This document shows positions 18,101 to 25,342 of a DNA stretch of 25,342 nt, piece after piece. The position numbers were made by a program, and so were the translations under genes. Within the stretch, counting starts at the first letter, position 1, and every line of letters starts with the position of its first letter. This DNA comes from Candidatus Cloacimonadota bacterium (GTDB lineage: Bacteria > Cloacimonadota > Cloacimonadia > Cloacimonadales > WRIO01): positions 1 to 25,342 of the forward strand of contig JAKQQL010000265.1 of assembly GCA_029564175.1 (NCBI GenBank). Direction: 5' to 3'. Below the pieces are notes generated by a model. That model saw nothing but the letters and a program-made list of their open reading frames with translations. It was not told the DNA's origin and made no database searches.

Positions 18101-20552
18101 GGGAGCAACAGAACAAGCAAACTTCAGAAATCTACCTTTACCTGGTCCTTTAGCTCCAAGACCAATGATTGCTCCATACTGGAATGATCTGAAAAAATCA
18201 GGAACCAATAGCGGTGTTTATACTTATTACAATTCACAGGAACATATCTATATCATTCAATGGAATAATATGGTTACTCTGAGTGATAATCAATCAGTTA
18301 CTTTCCAGGTAATCCTTTATAATCCTGTTCAGTTTGCTACTCCATTAGGCGACGGGCCATTTAAATTCCAGTATTTAAACTTCCATCCAGGTTCTCAGGG
18401 TACTGAAACAGCCCCTAACAATTATATCAGCTGTGGTATTCAAGATCATACAGCGACTCGTGGCGTTACCTATACATACAATAACCAGTATGCTCCTGGT
18501 GCAGCTGAATTAGAATCTAATATGGCCTTATATTTTACTCATCCATTCTTCCTCAATGAAGCACCATATATAGTTGCAAATGCAGCTGTTATTCATGATC
18601 AAAATGGAAATCATGTTGTTGAATCCGGAGAGACAGTAAATATCGGGTTGCCATTAATGAATGTTGGCTTGACAACTGCTCATGATGTGAGTGTTACATT
18701 AATGACTGCCAATCCTTACATTACATTTGTTAATCCAACAGCATCATACGTTAATATCAGCCCTTCACAAAATGCAACAAATACAGCATATTTTACACTG
18801 AACGTTTCGCCTGATTGCCCAAATAACTCGAATATCAATATTGTTGCTGAAGTGAACTGTGAAGAAGGCCAGTGGATACGTTCGTTCTCATTTAATGTAT
18901 CTCGTCCTTCTGTCAGTTATCGTTCATATTTAATTAATGATTTAGCAGGTAATGGTAACGGAATCCTCGAATCTGGTGAGCAGGCTAAATTGATCGTCAA
19001 TCTGATTAATTCGACTAATCTAAATATCAATAATGCAAATGTTACTATCACTAGTTCTGATCCTCATATTACAATCACACAGAATACTTCTCAAATTCCA
19101 TTTATGATGGCCAATTCGTCATATCAGAATGTTTTTGAGTTCCAACTTACTTCAAATATTACAGAACAAATATCCATCCCTATCCATACACTAGTAACTT
19201 CTGATAATGCTCCAGACTTAAATTTTGACATTATGTTAGGCGTTAATCAAAGTGGCGCATTGTTACAAGAAACTTTCAATAACTGGTTACCAGCTGGATG
19301 GACAATTCAACAATATTCAAACAACTGGTCTCTATCACAAACTAACTTGGCTGGAGGTTTAGCGCCTGAAGTTAAATTCTCTGGAACACCTGCTTTTAAC
19401 GGATTAACCCGTTTGGTTTCTACAACAATGGATACTTCAGATATTTCTAGTATAGTTTTAAGTTTTAAACAGAAGATTAATGTGAATGCTCCAGGAACTA
19501 CTATTGGTGTAGCTACCAGTGCTATGTACAGCCCATGGCATGTAGTTTGGTCAGAAACATTAACCGGATCTGTTGAAGCTGAAACAAAAAACATCCCTAT
19601 TAACAATAATGATCTAAATAAACCTAATTTCCAGGTTTGTTTCTTCATTGATGGTCCCGCAGGTAACATTAATGAATGGTACATAGATGACGTAACTGTT
19701 CAAACAGCAATTGGTAATACAGCAATGATGACCGGTCATGTTGAAATCGATATGCCTGATTATGACCTCAAACAGATAACAGTAAAAGCAAATGAATACT
19801 CCTCAGTACCTGATTCATTAGGTTATTACGAACTGTATTTAATACCAGGTACATACTCATCTCTCACTGCAGCAGCACCTTACACAATATCTAACAATCA
19901 GAACAGCATTACATTAACTTCCGGTCAGGTTGTTAACGATATCGATTATCAGTTGAATTATATGAGTAATCCACAAAATTTATCAGCACAAATGAATACA
20001 CAAAATCATACTGTTACTTTACACTGGAATCACAATTTACCACAGAACAGTCCTCTCATTATTACTGGCTTTGATATATACAGACAAGTAAATTCAGGTA
20101 ATTTTGATTACTTAGCTACTACAACTGAGGCAATTTATAGTGAAATTCTGAACCCTGCATTGAGATATCGTTATTATGTTAGAGCTCACTATACAATTGG
20201 TGTAAGTGATTCATCAAATGTTCTTTATGTAGATCCAAACTTAGTTTCAGGTGAAGACACTCCTGAACAACCCGTTCAATTTGCATTAGGTCAGAATTAT
20301 CCAAATCCATTTAACCCCGTTACCAATATTGCATTCAGTATCCCTGAAAATACTCATGTAAAACTTTCTGTTTACAATATTAAAGGTCAGCTTGTGAAAC
20401 AACTTAAAAACGAAAGAATGAATAAAGGTCACTATACTGTTCAATGGAATGGTCAGAATGAAAGTAAAAAATCTGTAGGTTCAGGAATTTACTTTATCAG
20501 ATTAAATACCAATACTCATTCCTCAATAAAAAAGGCTTTATTACTTAAATAA
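15165..20552 (+). CDS. Gingipain-like (peptidase C25 family) multidomain secreted protein with C-terminal FlgD-Ig/T9SS-type sorting domain; ATG 15165 preferred over 15138
   Basis: Signal peptide MKRLMLKISLILVLISLVHLYA after SD AAGGGGA. Propeptide (GLPEIP..NIAVP, YPSQ, VQPFIYN); C25 core (WKKQKGF, YIMLIGD, IIGRMS, LTCSTG, LNLMGDP); Ig-like repeats; FN3; C-terminal QNYPNPFNP...VYNIKGQLVK...SGIYFIRL...KKALLLK. Confidence 0.9.
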   Translation: MKRLMLKISLILVLISLVHLYADSVNLSASAFKVNTRNHHSTEIIFELPEYHLESISQANQVFSRINMNNIEKTTKEGLPEIPVFNVNIAVPKDSQVQLLSQSVLKKESQNNVLLYPSQGDEDNRKAFILDNKFYENNSHYPAQISQISEVFAIRDYAVVNVLVQPFIYNAKSKTLEINKEIKLVIEHSSRTGDVQYQLNSKISRAFEPIYSASIANYDQIRSDYVIYQQPTLLIIYPTNTTAAYLTELNKLVNWKKQKGFNVVTATGTDVGSTTTSIKNYIQNAYDTWENKPEYIMLIGDATAGAGYQIPTYNIAYGGFQHYGGAGDYQYTFLEGDDFYGDAIIGRMSISSVTDFQVMVSKILYYERAPTSEGTDWMNENLLVGDTSPSGYSCVIMNKYVKGLKSEYDPAHNFLELYGADPSPASMVAKLNTGVLTFNYRGWIGMSGFDDSEVNSLTNVKKLFNAVFLTCSTGGFSGSSMIESITRAGTATEPKGAITSVGLSTSGTHTAYNNSLMGGIFHAMYKKDITTMGGAMLYAKHYIHHVYGLSELDAAKTFSQWLNLMGDPTVNIYRTVPKVFNIQYPASVPVGTNNVSIIVRDSDNQPVKNAWVSITQTNNPISFCITDENGVATLSIPAELENQLTLVVSHPDYISKMQYIQQDTATSVSLTDYVISDTPNGNNNQQINPGETIKFSMNIKNYTNSAQSALNLKLRTNNPYITISDSTATIASINAGSIVNLTDEFTFNVAEDYVNGMPLNFALLVQTGSDTWTSMIFETVKAADLDVQSMTVANTSGVVTIGTPSNIHFSIKNNGTIPVNSVNAVLRSKSLFLEVIDSLGTFGSINNGMIVNNQGDPFTVQALTGIYPGVKLKAEIMFNNSEGYEETEDVWIQVGSIQTTDPVPPDEYGYVVYDITDTGYEDAPTFNWIEISSIGTALDLNDTGENNDKVTTVDLPFPFIMYGETYTQVSVSSNGWLSLGATEQANFRNLPLPGPLAPRPMIAPYWNDLKKSGTNSGVYTYYNSQEHIYIIQWNNMVTLSDNQSVTFQVILYNPVQFATPLGDGPFKFQYLNFHPGSQGTETAPNNYISCGIQDHTATRGVTYTYNNQYAPGAAELESNMALYFTHPFFLNEAPYIVANAAVIHDQNGNHVVESGETVNIGLPLMNVGLTTAHDVSVTLMTANPYITFVNPTASYVNISPSQNATNTAYFTLNVSPDCPNNSNINIVAEVNCEEGQWIRSFSFNVSRPSVSYRSYLINDLAGNGNGILESGEQAKLIVNLINSTNLNINNANVTITSSDPHITITQNTSQIPFMMANSSYQNVFEFQLTSNITEQISIPIHTLVTSDNAPDLNFDIMLGVNQSGALLQETFNNWLPAGWTIQQYSNNWSLSQTNLAGGLAPEVKFSGTPAFNGLTRLVSTTMDTSDISSIVLSFKQKINVNAPGTTIGVATSAMYSPWHVVWSETLTGSVEAETKNIPINNNDLNKPNFQVCFFIDGPAGNINEWYIDDVTVQTAIGNTAMMTGHVEIDMPDYDLKQITVKANEYSSVPDSLGYYELYLIPGTYSSLTAAAPYTISNNQNSITLTSGQVVNDIDYQLNYMSNPQNLSAQMNTQNHTVTLHWNHNLPQNSPLIITGFDIYRQVNSGNFDYLATTTEAIYSEILNPALRYRYYVRAHYTIGVSDSSNVLYVDPNLVSGEDTPEQPVQFALGQNYPNPFNPVTNIAFSIPENTHVKLSVYNIKGQLVKQLKNERMNKGHYTVQWNGQNESKKSVGSGIYFIRLNTNTHSSIKKALLLK

Positions 20553-20570
20553 ACAATCATTAATTCAATT

Positions 20571-20601
20571 GGGAGGTACTTATGTACCTCCCTTTTTTTT
20601 T
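20571..20601 (+). terminator. Rho-independent terminator after the C25 gene
   Basis: Perfect 9-bp stem GGGAGGTAC / GTACCTCCC, TTAT loop, followed by T9. Confidence 0.93.
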
Positions 20602-20613
20602 GATTTTTTGTAA

Positions 20614-20641
20614 TTGACGAAATAAGATGAGTTAATATAAT
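20614..20641 (+). promoter_or_regulatory. Sigma70-type promoter of the TPR-barrel operon
   Basis: TTGACG (20614-20619), 16-bp spacer, perfect TATAAT (20636-20641); GAGGTG SD at 20659-20664. Confidence 0.7.
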
Positions 20642-20668
20642 GGTTAAAACGATAATATGAGGTGTTCT

Positions 20669-23659
20669 ATGAAAAAAGTGTTCGTAATCTTGTTGATGAT
20701 AATTATTTACAATTTACCTGCTACAGAAAAAGAAGATCTGTTTTTTATAAAAGCCCTGATTCAAAACAAACACTTTGATATGGCATGGGATGAATGTAAT
20801 CAGTTTAAAAAAAAATATCCTCAAAGTACTTTAACTGACGAAATTACATTGAATATGGCATTCATTCAAATGGAGAAAAAAAATCATCATTATGCAGACC
20901 TTTTAGTTAATTCAATAAATCAACGAAATCTTAAACCATCTCAAGAAGCGCAATGGTTACTTTTAAACATAACAAATACCTGGTATAGTATTAATGAAGA
21001 AAACACCTCTGCACTTCAAGTAGGTAACTCTGAACATACCCAATTAATCAAATTCTCCGAGACAGATTTATTGATTAATGCAAATGAATTCATACAAAAA
21101 TTTCCGAATCATCCTGAGATATCTCAAATCTATTTTATTCTAGGGGATATACAATTACGTAAAAATAATAACAAACAAGCTGAAAATTACTATAATCAGG
21201 GAAAAAATCATAATGCAAAAATTCAGGGAAATATCAAACTTTTAAACCTATATTTGAAAAATAATCAAAAAAACACAGCTGATACACTGTATCAAAGTAT
21301 TATGGCTGATTCATTAAGCAAAGATGAAAAAAATTATACGATCACTCTATATATCCATTATTATGAACAACAAAAGGACTGGCAATCCATTTACACAATT
21401 CTGGATAATTATTTTAAAACACAAGTCATTCCTCCATTTCAAAAACTAAATAATCAAGAAGAATTTCTTGCATATCAATATGCAAATGCCTTGATAGAAA
21501 TCAATAAACCTGAAAAGGCTGTTGATTTTCTCAACCATATACCAGGCGAAACTGATAAATCTAAATATTTCAAAGCATTGGCTTTTATAAAGTTACATCA
21601 ATTTGCAGAAGGACTTGACATACTTAATCAACTGATCGAAAACAGCCAAGATTCTGATATTAAGAGTATCAGTCTTTTTCAAAGCATACAAATCATGTCT
21701 CAGAATGACATCAATCAAGCAGTAGAAAAGTTAAATGATTACCTGATCAAATACCCCAATCAAAAATGGGTAGGAGATATTCATTATCAAATCGCTTTTA
21801 ATCTATACAAAAATAGAAATTATATAGATGCCCTATCTCATGCTAACCAAGCTCTTGAGTTTGGTTCTGGTCATCCATCTCAATCTCAGAACCAAAAAGA
21901 CTTTGAAGAAAAAGCATTGTTCCTGAAATGTGAAGCGTTGTTTTTTCTCAACAAAAAACAGGAAACAATTGAAATTGCAACCCATTTTCGTAATCAATTT
22001 GCTCATTCAGCTTTGATGGATGAAGTCATTTTTAAACTTGCCTTATCTCTTTATCAGTCATCTCAACAAGACAGTGCAGCATTCTTTTTTAAGGAAATAA
22101 CCGAAAAATATCCTGAATCATCCAAAAAGGGAATGAGTTTGTACTATCTGGGAGAAAATGAACTTTCAAAAAATCATTATAATCGTGCAAAGACTTTTTT
22201 TGAACAGGCATTACAAGGTAATACCGATCAGGGTGTGCTGTATCTCAGACTCAGTTACATTGAATATGCTTTGAAAAATTATCAGAAAGCAAAAGAAATT
22301 ATTGTAAATGTTCCAGATGAACCAGATTATCTATTTGATAAAAACCTGCTAAGAGGTATCATTGCATTTGCTGAAAAGTCATTTACTGATGCACTTAATT
22401 TCTTTATGAAAGCAGAAAAAAATGTACCGGATCAGGTTTCTCTTGAACATTTGTGGTCCAGACAAGCCTGGACATTATACAGACTAAAACGTTATGATGA
22501 AGCGACGAAAATTTATAAACAATTATCAGAACAATCTACAGCTCCTGGTAAATATACCCTTGCAGCAGCCAGTGCAGCATATAATGCTGAAAACTATCTT
22601 CAATCTCTTGAACTTTATCAACAATACTTAAGTGAACATCCTCAAAGCAAAGAAGTTTATAAAGCATTAAGTGGAATTGCCAACTCTCAGTTCAACCTGG
22701 CTAATTATCCTGATGCAATTAGCACTTGGGAAAAAATGGTTGATATTCAATACCCTTCCAGTATTATTGAAAGTGCTGTTCAAGGCATTCAATGGAGTTA
22801 TCGTCAACAAAATAATAAAAAAGAATTTATCAAATGGATAAATGAAAAAATCAGAAAATCAACAGATAAAAATCTTAAAATAACCTTGTATGAATACAAG
22901 ATCAGGTTTGAGTATGATCAGGAAGAATACAGTGCATCAATCTCTTCCATACAGCAATTGTTTAAACAATATCCTGAAATGGAAAAGGAAGAAAAATTCC
23001 AGATACTTCTTGCAAATAACTATATCTGGTTAAAACAGTTTGAAAATGCTGATAGAATATATGTTCAACTAGTTGTAAAAAACAATGACCCTCAGATTTT
23101 TCATGAATGGGGAAACATCAAATGGGCTCAACAAGATACACTTGGCGCTATGAAACGGTACAAGAAAGCAGCAGATGCATCAAAACAAGAAAACTTCTGG
23201 CTGGTTTTACTTGAAAAACAAATGGTAGCAAATGATAAAGATTTTGATAAATATTACCAAACATTCATGTCGTTTGCTAACTCCTACTATCAGGAACTGG
23301 CAAAATTAATCCTTATAGACAAATATATTAAAGACAATCAATTTGATAATGCCATTGAAACTATCAATTCTCTTGAAAAAAGCGATAATCCATTAATCCG
23401 CGTTAAAACATTGTTTTCGAAAGCAGTTATTTCCTTTAACAAAAAAGATTATGATAATGCGATGAAAGACTTCTTCAGAATCAGATATGTATTCACCGAG
23501 TATTCTGACTTACGTTGGAATTCAGAGTACTATATTTGCAAAATATTTATCGAAAAAGGTGAAGTTGACCAGGCAAAAGAGCTCTTTAATCAAATAAAAG
23601 AAAAAATAAAACTTGAACAAAGTAATGAACTTCAATCAATCATCACAGGAGGCAGATAA
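20669..23659 (+). CDS. Large exported tetratricopeptide repeat protein; ATG 20669 preferred over 20657
   Basis: Signal peptide MKKVFVILLMIIIYNLPA. Many TPR-like units ending in YP.S-type turns (KYPQS, KFPNHP, KYPESS, EHPQS), as in BamD/CpoB-type TPRs. Confidence 0.87.
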   Translation: MKKVFVILLMIIIYNLPATEKEDLFFIKALIQNKHFDMAWDECNQFKKKYPQSTLTDEITLNMAFIQMEKKNHHYADLLVNSINQRNLKPSQEAQWLLLNITNTWYSINEENTSALQVGNSEHTQLIKFSETDLLINANEFIQKFPNHPEISQIYFILGDIQLRKNNNKQAENYYNQGKNHNAKIQGNIKLLNLYLKNNQKNTADTLYQSIMADSLSKDEKNYTITLYIHYYEQQKDWQSIYTILDNYFKTQVIPPFQKLNNQEEFLAYQYANALIEINKPEKAVDFLNHIPGETDKSKYFKALAFIKLHQFAEGLDILNQLIENSQDSDIKSISLFQSIQIMSQNDINQAVEKLNDYLIKYPNQKWVGDIHYQIAFNLYKNRNYIDALSHANQALEFGSGHPSQSQNQKDFEEKALFLKCEALFFLNKKQETIEIATHFRNQFAHSALMDEVIFKLALSLYQSSQQDSAAFFFKEITEKYPESSKKGMSLYYLGENELSKNHYNRAKTFFEQALQGNTDQGVLYLRLSYIEYALKNYQKAKEIIVNVPDEPDYLFDKNLLRGIIAFAEKSFTDALNFFMKAEKNVPDQVSLEHLWSRQAWTLYRLKRYDEATKIYKQLSEQSTAPGKYTLAAASAAYNAENYLQSLELYQQYLSEHPQSKEVYKALSGIANSQFNLANYPDAISTWEKMVDIQYPSSIIESAVQGIQWSYRQQNNKKEFIKWINEKIRKSTDKNLKITLYEYKIRFEYDQEEYSASISSIQQLFKQYPEMEKEEKFQILLANNYIWLKQFENADRIYVQLVVKNNDPQIFHEWGNIKWAQQDTLGAMKRYKKAADASKQENFWLVLLEKQMVANDKDFDKYYQTFMSFANSYYQELAKLILIDKYIKDNQFDNAIETINSLEKSDNPLIRVKTLFSKAVISFNKKDYDNAMKDFFRIRYVFTEYSDLRWNSEYYICKIFIEKGEVDQAKELFNQIKEKIKLEQSNELQSIITGGR

Positions 23660-25131
23660 TGAAAAAATATTTTATATATGCGCTTCTGTGTATGAGCTAT
23701 TTACTAAATGCAGCCGACTTTAAACTTCCAGACGAAACAATTATTGGAACCGCTTCTCAACCGGCAGATTCTGTTGAAATTCATAAAAATCTGGAATCTT
23801 TCAATCGTTTTAAAAAAGATGATATGATTAAATATCAACCCTATTTGAATCATCGTTTAATTACTAATGAAGAATATAAATCTGAGAAAGTAGCCTTTAT
23901 AGATTTATCTATGGGTAACAAATGGAATACCGGATTAAAATTAGCTTACAAGGATATAAAAAATGAATGGTTAAACTTAAATCTAAAAGTAAAATACCAA
24001 AAACTGTCTAATGACTGGAGTCTTTATAATCAGCAAATAAAATGGCAAAGTGCAAATCTGAAATGGTATAAATTGCAACCACAACTTAATATGAAACAGC
24101 ATGTTTTTAACAGTAAGGATATACATACTCGATATAACTATATTAGCGCGGATTCTTATTTTTTACCTTTTGATTTTTTCCCATTATCGATTTCTACTGG
24201 TTTTCAATATGCCAAACAAATACAAAGAGATTCTTCAGGATACACAGAAAAGAAAAGTAAATATGATCTATTGTTATCATCAGAATTCGAACTCTTTACT
24301 ATTCCTAAATTCAATTATAGACTCTATCAAGTTAAATGCGGTGTTTTAAACAATTTATTCCTGTTTGAGTCTTATTCTGATATGTTCAGTTTAAAGCCTT
24401 TCTTAGATAATACAGCTCTTTACATTAGTATCAGCAAAAACATTGTCCCTTCAATAGAGTTTGAGAAGTCGTTTCATTATTCAGAAGATTACACTCTTAT
24501 TTTAAAAAATAAACCCTATACAAGCTATGAATATAGTTATGAACAGAGTTTGTCTAACCTACATGGTGATGTCAGAGATATGGGTTATCAGCTTCAAGTA
24601 CCAATAAATACAAGTCTGACAATGAACACGTTTTATTATATACCAATTCATCTGAGCACTCAAATTGAATGGCGAAAAAATCAAGCAATATACGCTTATA
24701 GCCAGCTAAATAAATTATATGATGTACACTGGCGTAATGCAATGATTGCCTCATTTAAAGCGAACACAGCTGCATTTTATAAAGATTTTCGTTTTGAGTA
24801 TGAATTGGACATAAAAAAAAGCAGTGTTAACCATTCCAAAATATCGCAAATACCTTATATGTCCCATCTGAATAACTGTTTAAAGATTGATAGAAGACTT
24901 GGTCATTTTAAACATCAAACAGAAGTGAGTCTTAAAAATATCAGAAAAGATAGTCTCAATAAAAAGATGAAAAGTGCTTTTTTAGTAAATCATTTTGTAG
25001 AATATGACTGGAAACATGATTTACAATTCTATCTGAATACTGAAAATATCTTCAATCAAAAATATCAAAAATACACTTTTTATCCTAAAACAGGAATCAC
25101 ATTTCAACTAGGAGTAAATTATCAGTTTTAA
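23659..25131 (+). CDS. Putative outer-membrane beta-barrel protein with TonB-dependent-receptor-like C-terminus
   Basis: Signal peptide ending LLNA; alternating aromatic/hydrophobic strands; C-terminus FYLNTENIFNQKY...GITFQLGVNYQF ending in Phe (beta-signal). TAATG coupling and AGGAGG SD at 23647-23652. Confidence 0.72.
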   Translation: MKKYFIYALLCMSYLLNAADFKLPDETIIGTASQPADSVEIHKNLESFNRFKKDDMIKYQPYLNHRLITNEEYKSEKVAFIDLSMGNKWNTGLKLAYKDIKNEWLNLNLKVKYQKLSNDWSLYNQQIKWQSANLKWYKLQPQLNMKQHVFNSKDIHTRYNYISADSYFLPFDFFPLSISTGFQYAKQIQRDSSGYTEKKSKYDLLLSSEFELFTIPKFNYRLYQVKCGVLNNLFLFESYSDMFSLKPFLDNTALYISISKNIVPSIEFEKSFHYSEDYTLILKNKPYTSYEYSYEQSLSNLHGDVRDMGYQLQVPINTSLTMNTFYYIPIHLSTQIEWRKNQAIYAYSQLNKLYDVHWRNAMIASFKANTAAFYKDFRFEYELDIKKSSVNHSKISQIPYMSHLNNCLKIDRRLGHFKHQTEVSLKNIRKDSLNKKMKSAFLVNHFVEYDWKHDLQFYLNTENIFNQKYQKYTFYPKTGITFQLGVNYQF

Positions 25132-25138
25132 TTTTTTC

Positions 25139-25168
25139 TATTGACATTACGCATATTTTATGTTAAAG
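25139..25168. other. Xer/dif-like or operator-like imperfect inverted repeat
   Basis: TTATGTTAAAG (25158-25168) matches the XerD arm TTATGTTAAAT at 10/11; TTGACAT-N12-ATGTTAA symmetry. Confidence 0.35.
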
Positions 25169-25295
25169 ATGACAAGAGAAAATAGATAGTGTGGAATAAA
25201 AATAGTTAAGTCCCAAATGTTGGTGTAAAGTTCCAACCCTTTGTTTTCAAAGTAATACAAGATTTTTTTTCTTATATTTCACTTCTATATTGACT

Positions 25296-25324
25296 TTGAT
25301 TACAATTTAAATTTTCTTTAGTCT
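25296..25324 (+). promoter_or_regulatory. Possible sigma70-type promoter reading out of the window
   Basis: TTGATT (25296-25301), 17-bp spacer, TAGTCT (25319-25324). Confidence 0.4.
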
Positions 25325-25342
25325 ATTTGTCAAGATCTTTTT

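Noticed and set aside
15691..19684. Nested ORFs 15691-15903 (+), 16593-16844 (-) and 19307-19684 (-)
   Set aside because: Inside the C25 gene; explained by its codon bias.
24101..24754. ORFs 24101-24349 (+) and 24572-24754 (-)
   Set aside because: Nested in the barrel gene, no supporting signals.
25219..25237. GTTGGAAC...CAAC (minus strand) as a CRISPR repeat, or GGTGTAAAGTTCC as part of a cobalamin/FMN riboswitch
   Set aside because: Single 19-nt copy, too short for a repeat; other conserved riboswitch elements are absent.

Overview
AT-rich bacterial chromosomal segment (roughly 30-35% GC by eye) with 17 credible CDSs, all on the + strand. No rRNA, tRNA, CRISPR array, transposase or integrase is visible. 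The giant C25 protein with an 'NYPNPFNP...YNIKGQLVK' FlgD-Ig/T9SS-like tail suggests an FCB-group organism, most likely Cloacimonadota (inference). Order: (1) overlapping TrmH methyltransferase - DusB - TPR - B12-binding radical SAM cluster; (2) split MacB/LolD-type ABC pair; (3) YihY/BrkB membrane protein; (4) GldA/GldF/GldG-like ABC system plus DUF4340-like protein; (5) M42 peptidase - SAM methyltransferase - Ppx/GppA-like gene, behind a promoter and an 11-bp tandem repeat; (6) a ~1800-aa gingipain-family multidomain surface protein with a strong terminator; (7) a coupled ~1000-aa exported TPR protein plus a 490-aa outer-membrane barrel; (8) a non-coding tail with an Xer/dif-like sequence, promoter-like motifs and hairpins. 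Most notable: a gingipain-like domain with Trp at the expected catalytic His, the TPR/short-barrel pair, an orphan B12 radical SAM coupled to RNA-modification genes, a motif-degenerate Ppx, and a collapsed dif-like site. All family calls come from motif recognition by eye, not database searches.
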